Shown here one piece after another: positions 30,274 to 59,307 of a DNA stretch of 64,000 nucleotides (position 1 is the stretch's first letter; each line of letters starts with the position of its first letter). A model generated the notes under the pieces. The model did not search any database. It had not been told where the DNA came from and saw only the letters and a program-made list of their open reading frames with translations. Position numbers and translations under genes: made by a program. The DNA comes from Octopus sinensis (Eukaryota): NCBI RefSeq assembly GCF_006345805.1, contig NC_043007.1:6014001-6078000 (forward strand). Direction: 5' to 3'.

Positions 30274-31026
30274 ATACGTGTACACGCATGGAAGGAAACA
30301 CTGACTTGATACAACGACCAGGAAATCTGATAACAGAACTTAATGTTAGAAAACTACTGAGCAATTATTATTGCGTGGTCCTTATATTTTATGTTCCCTT
30401 CCTGAACCCCACTGAATGTATTTCCGTTCGCAGCAGCGATTCTCGTAGAACACGTGTCAAACAGGTTCCCCGGAGAATATCGCCATCATACATCAGTGCA
30501 CATGTGGTATGTTTGCGTGTGTATATGTATGGGTGGATTTGTATGTATGCATCTGTGTGGATGGATGGACGGATGACTTGTATGCAAGCATATGTGTGTA
30601 TGTATATTTATGTATGTATTCAAGCATGCATATATATGTAAATATATATATGTATTCATGTTCACAAGTGTATTTGAGTATTTGTACGGGTATCTTTGCA
30701 TGCATGCATGTGTGTGTTTGTGTTATTTGTACATGCACACCTATAGAAAACTTCTCGCATACACAGTCACATACGCACACATATATATATAAATACATAC
30801 ACACACAAACACAGATTCAGCTAATCCAGTGGTGCTTATAAAAAAAATCTCTTTAACGTCTCATTCTACAGAACACTGGATATATCGAACGACACAAAAG
30901 AAAACCATTAGGACTGAATAAAGTTAGAAATAACGAGAGAATTATAGGATCGCTTTCTTCTCTTTTTTAGTTTCAGCTCAGAGCTGCGGCCATGCTGATG
31001 CTCCGCCGTTTAAAATTATACTGCGC

Positions 31027-31098
31027 TGCCGTGACCAGGATGCGAACCTGGGTTACCACGGCCACAACGTGGGGTCCTAACCACCAGACGATCACGGC
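31027..31098 (-). tRNA. tRNA-His(GUG), probable pseudogene/variant (A14G, A58C)
   Basis: GCCGTGATCGTCTGGTGGTTAGGACCCCACGTTGTGGCCGTGGTAACCCAGGTTCGCATCCTGGTCACGGCA forms a full cloverleaf with a GTG anticodon and a downstream TTTT. Two invariant positions are altered. Confidence 0.85.
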
Positions 31099-31148
31099 TA
31101 TACCGCAGTATGATAAGATTTATTTAACCATTGGAAATTCTTGTATAA

Positions 31149-31429
31149 CAATGATTCCCAAACTTTTCCAGGCTTCCGCCCCCTTCGCACCCAGCACCCT
31201 ACCCCAACTACCCATCCCAGACATAGACCTCTTTCTGAAGCAAATTTAAAGGAACTGCATTTCACAAATAAAACTTAACTTAAGGAACCCATTATTTTGT
31301 TGTTTTTACCCTATTATCGCCCCACTTTTGACATGAATTGCTACCCTACTATCACCCCGCTTTTCTTCATACCCCTTAGAATTTTCCACCACCCCAGGGG
31401 AGCAATATCGCCCAGTTTGAGAAGCACTG
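31149..31429. mobile_element. hAT (Charlie-like) MITE
   Basis: Ends caatgattcccaaact / agtttgagaagcactg, with an 8-bp TSD ttgtataa/ttatataa (one mismatch). Confidence 0.65.
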
Positions 31430-32309
31430 TTATATAACAACAACTGTTTCGCAACTTAAAACATGTAGAGATAATTTATTTTATTATATTTTATGACAAG
31501 TAAAGTACTTACATGCTTGCTTCAATATAGACAGTCTTTAAATTAATGCAGATATTAAGCAACGTAAAGATTTTTCATATTAATGCAGACATGTAAGCGC
31601 TTTACTTCTAAAATACGATAAAATAAATTATGAAATATGATAAAATAAATTATCTATAGATGTTTAAAGGTACGAAACAACTGTTGTTATTTATGTGTGT
31701 GTGTGTGTGTGTGTAAAATCAATTTTAAAAAAAGCGAAAAAAGAAAACGATAAACAAGCAAATGTGAAGACGTAGCACAAGCAATGTATTAATATGACAC
31801 TCGGAGAAAGAAGAGAGTTGTTTTACGATTCGGGCATAGCTCTTCGTTAGAAACAGGAAAAAATCGCCAACAGTCCACGTAGGTTTACATTTCTGAAGTC
31901 ATTGGAAGTAGAAGAAGGAAGAGAAAGTACTTTCTGCGTCAGGAGAGTGTGAAGATGTATATTTATTGCTCCTCGGTAGCGCTATATATATATATATATA
32001 TATCTTGCTACCGAAGAGCACTCCAATATGCACCCTTGTCCCTTCTCTCGTAGAGACGCATCCCACCTGGCACCTAATTTCTCGTCCGTTTTTTACTACA
32101 ATAATTTTTTTAATTCATTTTCCTCCAATATATTTTATCTGATGAAAGACTTGCGGCCGAAACGTCTGAACTCGTTCTCTTTCGTTTAAGTGTTAAACGA
32201 ATACATTTCTTAAAATTTCTACCTCCTACATTGTTTTCCCTTTGTGTTCCTTACTTTTACCACACACACACAAGACTCTATATGTCCATTTTCTTTATAT
32301 TTTCAGCAG

Positions 32310-32957
32310 ATGGTAGATCCGAAGATGAAACTGAAAAACACTATAGCCGTAGAGAAGAATGAGATCAATCCTCATGAAATCCCTGCCAAATTGAAATATA
32401 TGCACCGGCCGCCCAGAATCACTCCCAACTATGGCAACAAAAGATACTGCATGGCAAATGCATTCGTTCTGAAAACGAAGCTTTCTCGTGTTTTGCTCTA
32501 TGACAACGTAACTCAGCAGTTTCTTTTGGGGCGTAAATTAAACAGCCTCAACAGTGAACAAGAGAAAGTTGCCCGACTGTGTGATCTCCACAGAAAGACA
32601 TTCTTTAACCAAAGTCACTTAAAAGACTTACGTCAGCATCACTTTGGGAAGCGTACCGACGCTAATATGGCACTGATAAATGCTCAGTCAGAACTGAAGA
32701 CAAATAATGGACACTTTCGGAACCCTTCTCTACAAGATTTTAAGGCTCCAGGGACGACAGAGTTGCCCCCATTGAGGTCTGCAAATTCAAATTTTGAACA
32801 GAAACTAAAATCGACACTGTTTTTCAAAAACAGACATCAAAGTCACCCAGAAAACGGTTCCTCGAAATTTGGTAACATGGATTATCAGCGGGGTAAGCTT
32901 CTCAAATTAGATAAGCGCTTTCTTTCGCTCGAGAAACTTCTAACTCCGTTTACTTAA
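32310..32957 (+). CDS. Uncharacterised 215-aa protein, terminal coding exon
   Basis: Non-repetitive ORF preceded by a pyrimidine tract and a CAGCAG acceptor (32304-32309) and followed by AATAAA at 33101. It has a helical L..KL..L..EQ segment and a C-terminal DKRFLSLEKLL. Confidence 0.7.
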   Translation: MVDPKMKLKNTIAVEKNEINPHEIPAKLKYMHRPPRITPNYGNKRYCMANAFVLKTKLSRVLLYDNVTQQFLLGRKLNSLNSEQEKVARLCDLHRKTFFNQSHLKDLRQHHFGKRTDANMALINAQSELKTNNGHFRNPSLQDFKAPGTTELPPLRSANSNFEQKLKSTLFFKNRHQSHPENGSSKFGNMDYQRGKLLKLDKRFLSLEKLLTPFT

Positions 32958-34374
32958 ATGCATGCGGAAAGCATTTTATATTAACAATGACTTGAAGTGA
33001 GTGGGAGTCTTACTTTGGTTATCACGAATGAATTACGTCATTGATGCATTCAGAGGGGAAAGAATTATTCTGGCATCATAAAATTTCGTTATCAATCCCC
33101 AATAAATCACTCGTTACATGTTTACATAAGTATTGTTATTTGTTAAATTATGACCATTGATTAATGTTGTGCACATGATTACAATAGGGTGTGGATGGAA
33201 TACATGCTGTCTTTATTATGCTGTTTGAATTCTTGTTGGTTTTCACGGCATTAAAATATATAAAAAAAAAGATCTCAACAAACTCGACTCCACCAGGGGT
33301 AACTGTGTTTTCATGCGCGCGTATTTCGATTATTAGAACAGGCACACCTTATCCAAGCGTGTCGTGGAAAAGTGACAACGAGCAGGTGTCAGGAAGGGTA
33401 TCTGGCCGTCAGAGTGTCCAATTCCGTCCACGTCACTAAGGTAAAGGATATCTGTGTGAAAAGCAATTCAACATTTTACAACGAAAATGCCGATAGAAAT
33501 GTTGGTTGGTTGCTTTCTCTCGTCACACTTTACATCGAGTGGAGAGAGGAAGGGAAGGGGAGAGAGAGCAAGTTGAGTGGCGTAACATTCTGAAACATAT
33601 TTTTAAAGGGAATTTTGTAGAAATCAGTTTTCAATGTAGTCCGGTACCATTATGTTGATAAAACTTCTAAAAGTGTCATATTGCTTGTAAATATACAAAT
33701 TTTACTTCAAAGAAATACACTTGCTTTAAAAATCGGTATAAATTTCGTCATTTTGGATTAACTTCAAGAAATTTGGCAAAATTAAAATTATAAATTTTTC
33801 ATGTCATGTAACCGTATATTACTCAGTGTGACAAAACTACACTTGCAAACTTACCTGTCATACAAGGTGTCCGACAGGTAACGTATGACAACGGGTAACT
33901 CTTGTACAAGTGTGCGAATGCACTTACATCTGTTTTACTTGTTTCAATAATCAGCCTGCGGCCATCACTTTAAGAATTTGTAGTCTAACTTGTTTTTTAT
34001 TTAAAAAAAAAAAAAAACCTGGTTCTTATTCTATCAACCTCTTTTGCCGAACCGTTAAGTTACAGGGACATAAATGCACCAACACTGGTTGCCAAGCGGT
34101 GGTGGGGGACAAACACAGACACAAAGACATCCACACCTAGATATATTTATATACACAATGGTTTCTGTCTAGCAAATCCACTTACAAGACACTGGTAGGC
34201 CCAAGGCAAGAGAAGACACTTGCTCAAAGTGACACACAGTGGGACTGAACCTGGAGCCACGTGGATGGGAAGCTAGTGTCAAGAAATAAATAATTCTTTC
34301 AGGACTTGGAAAGGTCTAGAGTAGACAGGTTTCACACTATGTAACATGATTTAATGGAATCTAGAATTTCAGGA

Positions 34375-34866
34375 ATCAGACAGAGTGGCTAACTGGCTTC
34401 CGTGCCAGTGGCACATAGAAGGCACCATTACAGTGTGATCGTTACCAGCTTCACCTTACTGGCACTTGTGTCCTGTGCTAGTAGGGTGCTAAGAGCACCA
34501 TCTGAGCGTGATCGTTGCCAGAGCGGCTAACTGGCTTCCATGCCGGTGGCATGTAGGAGGCACCATTCGAGCAGGATCGTTACTAGCATCACCTCACTGG
34601 CACCTGTGCCATTGGCATGTGTGTAAAAAAAAAAAAAATTCGAGCGAGGTTGTTGCCAGTACCGCCTGACTGGCCCCCATGCCAGTGGCACATAAAAGCA
34701 CCCACTACACTCTCAGAGTGGTTGGCATTAGGAAGGGCATCCAGCTGTAGAAACTCTGCCAGATCAGATTGGAGTCTGGTGCAGCCATCTGGTTCACCAG
34801 CCCTCAGTCACTCGTCCAACCCATGCTAGCATGGAAAGCGGACGTTAAGCGATGATGATGATGATG
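34375..34866 (+). mobile_element. SINE-like repeat with a (GAT)n tail
   Basis: Ends ccaacccatgctagcatggaaagcggacgttaagcgatgatgatg. A close reverse copy lies at 61068-61430; further copies at ~35868-36230, 44590-44870, 48440-48680, 57070-57270 and 57392-57690. Confidence 0.8.
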
Positions 34867-34949
34867 AGATACATTGTTGTAAAAAAAAAAAAACTATTTC
34901 TGCATTGAAAGAAATACAAATGAAATTGAAAAAAAAAAAAAACAAACAG

Positions 34950-35113
34950 AAATTGTCTTTAAAATGTTTTATTGGATTCAATCATATGGGACAGTTGTTA
35001 GTTATTCCAGAGATACCCAAATAACCAATTAGTGTTCTTCCAAATTTTTTGTTCGTCATTTGAAGACAAAAAAAAATATTTATAAAAAAGTTCAAAACAA
35101 AAAATGAGTGGAC
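34950..35113 (-). other. NAA10: Probable non-coding last exon (3' UTR) of NAA10
   Basis: Strong acceptor tttttattttctctgcag| at 35114 and AATAAA at 34968-34973. It pairs with the GTAAGT donor at 38201, 15 nt after the stop codon. Confidence 0.6.
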
Positions 35114-38100
35114 CTGCAGAGAAAATAAAAAGTAAAAAACATCAAAACGAAGAAAGATTAAAGGCAAACATTGTTCATATTAATTCAATAATCATAATAA
35201 TAATGATGGTTTCTGATGTAGGCACAAAGCTTGAAATTTGAGAAAAAATATTGGTTGATACGACTGGCTTTAATATTTGACAGAACTATATACCTTATTG
35301 GCCATGAAAAGATGAATGGCAAAAGTTGACCAGAGCAGGATTTGAACTCACAATGTAACAATCAAGAAGAAATGCCACTGACATGTTAATGATTCTGTTT
35401 GCTCTCAGCCACTTAATAGTAATAAACCTTTCCACTATAGACACAAAGCCTGAAATTTTGGTGAGAGGGGACTAGTTGATCACATTGACCCCAGTGTATA
35501 ACTGGTACTTAATTTATCGATCCTGAAAGGATGAAAAGCAAAATCCACCTGGGAATTTGATCTCAGAATGTAAAGACATGAAATGCTGCTGAGCATTTTG
35601 CCCAGCATACTAACAAATCTGCCAGGTTGCTACCTTAATTATAATAATAATCCTTTCTGCTGTAGGCACAAGGCCTGAAATTTTGGGGGAGAGTACTAGT
35701 TGATTACATTGACCCCAGTGTTTCACTGGTACTTAATTTATTGACCCGGATAGGATAAGAGGCAAAGTCAACCTCGGCAGAATTTGAACTCAGAATGCAG
35801 CGACGGGTGAAATACTGCTAAGCATTATGTCCAGCTAACGAATCTGCCAGCTCGCTGCCTTAATAACATCATCATCATCATCATCATCATCGTTTAGCGT
35901 CCGTTTTCCATGCTGGCATGGGTTGGACGGTTCTACTGGGGTCTGTGAAGCCAGAAGGCTTCATCAGGCCCAGTCAAATCTGGCAGTGTTTCTACGGCTG
36001 GATGCCCTTCCTAACGCCAACCACTCCGTGAGTGTAGTGGGTGCTTTTTTACGTGCCACCCGCACTGGTGCCAGACAGAGCTGGCAAACGGCCACGAACG
36101 GATGGTGCTTTTTATGTGCCACCGGCACGAGGGCCAGGCGAGGCTTGCAACGGAGACGAAACGGGGCAGTGCTGGCAACGGTCGCGAAACGGAAAGTTCT
36201 CTTACATGCCACCGGCACTGGTAACACATCTGCAATTTCCATTGATCGATTTCAATTCTGATGTACCATTATAGAGATAAACTTAACTGTTTAACCTGTT
36301 CCTTGTTTCATTGAAAGATCCATATTCGCATGATTGCTTGGCTCCAAAGGAATTAACTATGGCAATCTCTTTCTGTTGCAAGTAAACGAATATTTACCCG
36401 AATCCTTCAAACATTGCAAGGGTCAGAAACACTGCAAACAAGTGACACCGTTTTTGTTTACAGTCAGTGCATGGTGACAACAAAATTCCACACAAACATA
36501 CGCATGCACAGCCTCATATTTACACATGTATACATGGTTGTAGGCTTTTGAATTTCCCTCTGTAGCTACATGAATGCAGGTGCAATCCCTTCTACCATAA
36601 CATAACATTGATATAATACACACACACACACATGCCGCGGCCGTTTAATGCCTGCATTCCAAACTGGCAAGGGCTGAATGGATTGACAGGATCTGAAGGG
36701 CTCAAGGAATGCTTTGTGCTCCACAGACTTCTTCTGCCTGGTTTCTAAGGCCGGATGCCTTTAGTGTGTATTGGATGTTTTCTCAAGGCACCAGCAAAGT
36801 CATGCAGTGTGCAACACCACAAACCAAGAGAGATGTAGCTTTATGTTAAAAGATGAAGGGTTAAAGTATACCAGAAGGGGCCAGAGCACTTCTTGTTGTA
36901 GAAGAGTTAGATGGCTACACACATTCTAGAAGAGAGGGTGGAACTGACTGGGGTGGGGCTGGAGCTGGACAGATATATATATATATATAAAGTTCCATCC
37001 CACGAGAGTAACTTCTTGTCCAACCCATGCCAGCATGGACAATAGACATTAAATGATGATGATGATGATATATGTACACACACATCCTGGGTATGACTTA
37101 AATTTCAAGTAGTAGTGGAACCCAAGTGTGGAGGCACCCCTTAACCCCTATTGCTGCCAAATCTATTCTGACCCAGAGTAGTAGCACCTACTACAGTCCC
37201 AGCTTCGGGTTAAATAGAATGTTATGGAAGCAAATCCAAGTAGAAGCCCTCATTGCCTTGTGAGTTCCTTGGGAGAGAAAAAGGTTTAGGGAGTCAACTT
37301 GGACAGCAAATCAAGGAATGGGGTGCCACAGGTGGTCCAGGGTCCACTTTGACATTTTTCCTGAAACTCCAAGGTAGGCAGAGCTCTACACAGTAAAACC
37401 TTATAGCTTGCTGGTCACTGCTGCCACCTGATCCTTTGGAGGTCAAATCTCCAAGGCTAAAGAAGTAGGACTGGATTGCACAGACCGACTCTCACATTAA
37501 AACCACTAAGCATAGACAGGAGAAACCCCGCAGCATCAAACAATCGGTTTACATAGCAACTCGAGGGTAGACACTTCTACTTTATCATCTTCAGACATGA
37601 AGAAAATGCTATCACCATTATCATCATCACCTATACATAGACACACATGTGGAGTATAAAATACCCCCCCCCACCAGTTTGCTGCTAAGGGAAATATATG
37701 TTACAAGAGAACTACATGAACATTACACATTTGGTGTAAGACCCGAGATCTTACATGAAAGATGACAGAATTAAACATGTGAAAAAAAATCCACACATAA
37801 CAAAGTATATGAGAAGAAAATACCTTATTTAGAATCCCACATGAGTTTGTGGGTCACCATTTCAGTGACTGTCTTCAGCAGGCTTTCAAAACTACTCACT
37901 GTAATAAACATCTTCGAACACATGTTTACAGAAATATACATACGTAATACTTCATTTTTTGGGACAGTTTAACTCAAAGTAAATAAAGCTATGAATAATA
38001 ACCTGACAAGATTTACATGCTGTTACCGTTAGCTTTATTTGCTTTGAGTTTAATCATTCCAAGAAAGAATTATTTCATGTTGTCTTGAAGTTTCTAAATT

Positions 38101-38216
38101 CTTATGAAGTCAACAACATATATGTGTATGTAGCCTAACATATGTGTCTGTGTGTCTGTAGCAATGATTAGCTGTAATATTTGAAGGACAGGAAAACTTA
38201 CCTAAAATAGCCACGT

Positions 38217-55025
<16,809 letters not shown>

Positions 55026-55323
55026 TTTGGTGTGTTTTGAGGTTCAGAATAACAATAATAATAAATAAATATTTAAAACCTAAATCTGTTCAAAGGACAG
55101 AAGAAGAAGAAGCAAACGTTGGTCGAATCAAAGAAAAGCCAAGAACCGGAGACCGGACAGGAAGTTGAAGACGATGTCGCGCATGCTCAATGTTATTCCG
55201 GAACCGGAAATAGATATCACTTTCCTAACCGGAAGTGAGGCGTCCACCTATAAACATTCTCCACTTGTACTTTCCGTTTTCACCAAATTCCTTCCCACTT
55301 TTGACAGCTTCATTCATTTCACA
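55026..55323. promoter_or_regulatory. Compact bidirectional promoter for NAA10 and PDCL (includes both 5' UTR segments)
   Basis: NAA10 ATG at 55025 (minus) and a plus-strand donor aca|GTAAGT at 55324. Clustered CCGGAA/GGAAGT ETS motifs (CCGGAAGT at 55229-55236), an NRF1-like cgcgcatgc at ~55178 and CpG enrichment. Confidence 0.7.
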
Positions 55324-56397
55324 GTAAGTAAAATATTATTTTATATTATTTGTTGTCATCTTCGTCTTTGTTTCCATTTTCTGCGACGATTCTTCGATCG
55401 TCGATTTCTTAGAATTTAAAATTAATTAAATCCATTCCGATCCACCACAAAACACACAAGTCAATTTAACAACACGTTTTCTCCAAAGAATCGGTCCGAT
55501 CCCTGATATATGGAAACACTACGCAAAAGTATCGACCAGCGATCTTCGTTATTCATTTTTAACAACTGATTTCTAAAAGAGCAAATATTTGCATCGAAAT
55601 CTTTATTTAGCATTCTGATATGCATGCTATTAATGTTGAGTTTAACTTTGCTTTTCAGCCTGCAGGAATCGATAAAATAAAGTGCCAGTCCCCTACTGAG
55701 ATCGAGTGTGTGGACTGAACCCCCTCCCATCAAGATTGCTGCCTAAGTAACCCGCAGTCTTGGTGCTAGTCTTCTTTGGTTCCACATTATCAAAATGCGA
55801 TCCAGCTGTGATCATTCCGACTTATTTTTATGCCTTCTCGCCACAATTTATGAATCGACGCACCGTGTGCTTTCTTTGTTAAAAAGGGTCGGATGGAATA
55901 TGAGGGACATTCGGCTGCTAATTCTAACAGGTCAAAATAACTATGTAGAGGGATTTTTGCGGCTTGCATCTCTTTACTCCTAGTTGATGTTGTGGACAAA
56001 TGCATCTCTGTCCTGATCTCCTAGTCCGTCTTGGGAATAATTTCTGGTATCTTGTGCCGATTGGAAAAATCTCAGTAGAATCGTTCTGTATTGAAGCCAA
56101 CTGTGAGAGTTGGTTTCGATTCTCACAGAAGCCCTGTTTCAGCAAGGGACATTACCATCTGTGAAATGGAATCCCGTAATAGACATTCCCATAGAGTTGG
56201 GAATACTCTTGTATGATTTCTTCACGATCCTAATTTCTTCCGATCTGTGTTTTAAGCGTCGTAGATTATTACGAATCTGAAGAAGAAAAAAAAAACGGAA
56301 ATAGCGGATTCTCCACCCGCATTTTGTTTTCTATAAATTTTCGGGTTTAAGTTTTTTTGAAAGATTTTTCTTCCCAATCTTTGTTTCTTCAATTCTT

Positions 56398-56986
56398 TGC
56401 TGTTCCCCACCTGAACAGGATGCCTGTTTGTCGCAGGTGAGCTGCAAGATGCAGGAGGAAAGAGTGAGAGATAGCTGTGGCGAAAGAGTCAGCAGAAGTT
56501 TGCCATTACTTTCTGCTGGAGCCACATGGAACTTAGGTGTTTTGCTCATAAACACACACATTACTCGGTTTGAGATTCGAACCTGTGATCCCTTGACTGT
56601 GAGTCTTTTGATCTGACCACTAGGCCATTTGCGCATAAACACACACATTGCTTGGTCTGAGATTCGAACTTGTGATCCCTTGACTGTGAGTCTTTTGATC
56701 TGACCACTAGGCCATTTGCGCATAAACACACACATTGCTTGGTCTGAGATTCGAACCTGTGATCCCTTGACTGTGAGTCTGCTGCTCTAACCACTAGGCC
56801 ATTTGCTCATAAGCACACACGTTGCTCGGTCTGAGATTCGAACCTGTGATCCCTTGACTGTGAGTCTTTTGATCTGACCACTAGGCCATTTGCGCATAAA
56901 CACACACATTGCTTGGTCTGAGATTCGAACCTGTGATCCCTTGACTGTGAGTCTGTTGCTCTAACCACTAAGCCATATGCCTCCAC
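56398..56986 (-). mobile_element. tRNA-derived SINE with five tandem 87-bp heads
   Basis: gagattcgaa recurs at 56572, 56659, 56746, 56833 and 56920. On the minus strand each unit has an A box (TGGCCTAGTGG) and a B box (GGTTCGAATC). Confidence 0.88.
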
Positions 56987-57848
56987 ACCAGCTGATGATT
57001 GGGAATGAGTAACTTTGAGTACTGGAAATTGGAGCCTTTCAATTATAACGTATTAAAGAATAAATGTGATCGGTGCCAGGCCCCCTGACTCGCTCCTGTG
57101 CCGGTGGCACGTAAAAAGCACCGACTACACTCTTGGAGTGGTTGGCACCCAGCTGTAGAAATATTGCCAAATCAGAATGGAGCCTGGTGCAGCCACTGGC
57201 TCTCCAGACCTTGGTCAAACCGTCCAACCCATGCCCGCATGGAAAACGGACGTTAAATGATGACAATGATGGGGCCTGTTTGTATGTCTGTGCGTACCCT
57301 CGTTTTGACATTATGTGAAATTGTAAATGAACATCACCCTCATTCGAGTTGTTCTTTTTTTTTCTTGTTTTCTGTGGAGACCAAGTCTGGTCATCATCAT
57401 CATAATCATTGTTTAACGTCCGTTTTCCGTGCTAGCATGGGTTGGGCGGTTCGTCTGGGGTCTAGGAAGCCAGGAGGCTGCACCAGGCTCCAGTCTGATC
57501 TGGCAGTGTTTCTACAGCTGGATGCCCTTCCTAATGCCAACCACTCCAAGAGTGTTGTGGGTGCTTTTTACGTGCCACTGGCACAGAGTCCAGAAGAGGC
57601 TAGCAACGGCCATGATCGGTAGGTGCCTTTTATGTGCCACTGGCACGGAAGCCAGTCAAGGCAGTGCTGGCATTGGTCATGTTTGAATGGTGCTGGTCAT
57701 GGGGCAATATTATCCTGCTTGGAACCAAGTGTGGTTTGATGACAGGAAATTATATCTGGCTACTCGTAAAAATTCCATTGAATAATTCTATTTGGTTTGG
57801 TTTTTTTTTCTAATATCCTTTTCTTGAATGTTGCAGATATTTATCAAT

Positions 57849-58504
57849 ATGTCGCTGACGCTAGACGATAAACTTCTTGGAGAGAAAACACATTATTACT
57901 GTAGTAGTAGTGAAGAGGAAGAAGAGGAAGAAGAGAATGATCTTGGAGACGAGGAATCAGGAACAGGGAGATCGATTCGTGAACCTACTTTTATTCCTGA
58001 GCCAGAGATTAAAGAATACGAAGGAAGATGTACCAATGTACGGATCCCTTATTTATACCCTCACAAACCTGCTTACCCACCCAGGCATACTTCATTCTTT
58101 GCTTCTACTCTCTCTTTCTATCCACTCTCATACCCCATCTTCACCATCCTTTCTCCCTCTCATATTGGGGTAGCCACGTATCGCTTCTATAGCAGGACAC
58201 CTCAGCCACCGTCCTTAAATACTGCTCTCTCATCTTGTTTTGGGGGCTTGGTCTTGTGGAGTCACTTTGTGATCTCACTGGTGCTGGTAACACACGAAGG
58301 AAAGAGGACCCAGAGCACTTTGTAAAGTGGTTGGTGATTGGTCGGGCATCCAACCACAAAAAACCATCTCAAAGCAGACATTCGAGATGGACTCAGCCCT
58401 CAGGCTGTCAAATTATCCACCCCACACCACCATGAAATTTGGATTTAAATGATGACAATGTGTGTTTGTGTGTGTGTGTGTGTGTGTGTAAGAAAGAGAA
58501 ACAG

Positions 58505-58541
<37 letters not shown>

Positions 58542-59262
58542 GATAATAATGAAATTATTGTATACAGTGCTCAGGTGCCTCACAACTTGTGAAAAGTACA
58601 TATAAAGCATATGCAGTAATGTACAAATGTCTGGGAAGTGAACAGTGTATGAGTCAGATATATGCTTGCGGGTGTATGGAGGGGAGAAAATCAGGTGTAG
58701 TGTTGGCGAATGTCAGGAAGCATGGAAGTTTTGAAGGATGCAGTGCTCCGACAACTAACAACTGATGCCGGCAGTTTGTTCCATGCTTCAGCAACTCTTA
58801 GTGTGAAAAGATGTTTCTGAAAGTCATGGGAGCTGTGCTGTTTTCTGACTTTGTAAACATGCCCACGGGTGTTAGACAGGTGGAGTTTGAAAAGGTGCTC
58901 AGAGTTAGTGTTTGTAAGAGATATGTATATGGAAAAATAATTTTTTCACAATTATAACAAATTTAATTCTCTGAAGAGGCCGTGGGGCATCCTTGTTAAT
59001 GCCTCATTTATACCTGCCTTTACGGCTTATAGGTTAAATGAGGTATGACTGTCCTTGCTGCCGAAACAGCTGTCAGATATGATTTAATTACATATTATAT
59101 TTGAAATTTTATACTTATATCTCTTTGTCTATTTACATTTACTGTATATTTTGTATAATGCCTTTACTGATATGTAATAGTGTAATAAAGTATTGATTGG
59201 GTATCATCTGATAGTTGATGTTTTATTGATTTAAGTATGTTTCTCCATTTTCTAATTTTGTA

Positions 59263-59307
<45 letters not shown>

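Noticed and set aside
31430-31690. Inverted pair containing GAAACAACTGTT
   Set aside because: The inverted repeat is real, but the CTGANGA core is too degenerate to call a ribozyme.
56546-56986. tRNA gene cluster or CRISPR-like array
   Set aside because: No complete cloverleaf and no spacers. The units are duplicated SINE heads attached to a SINE body.
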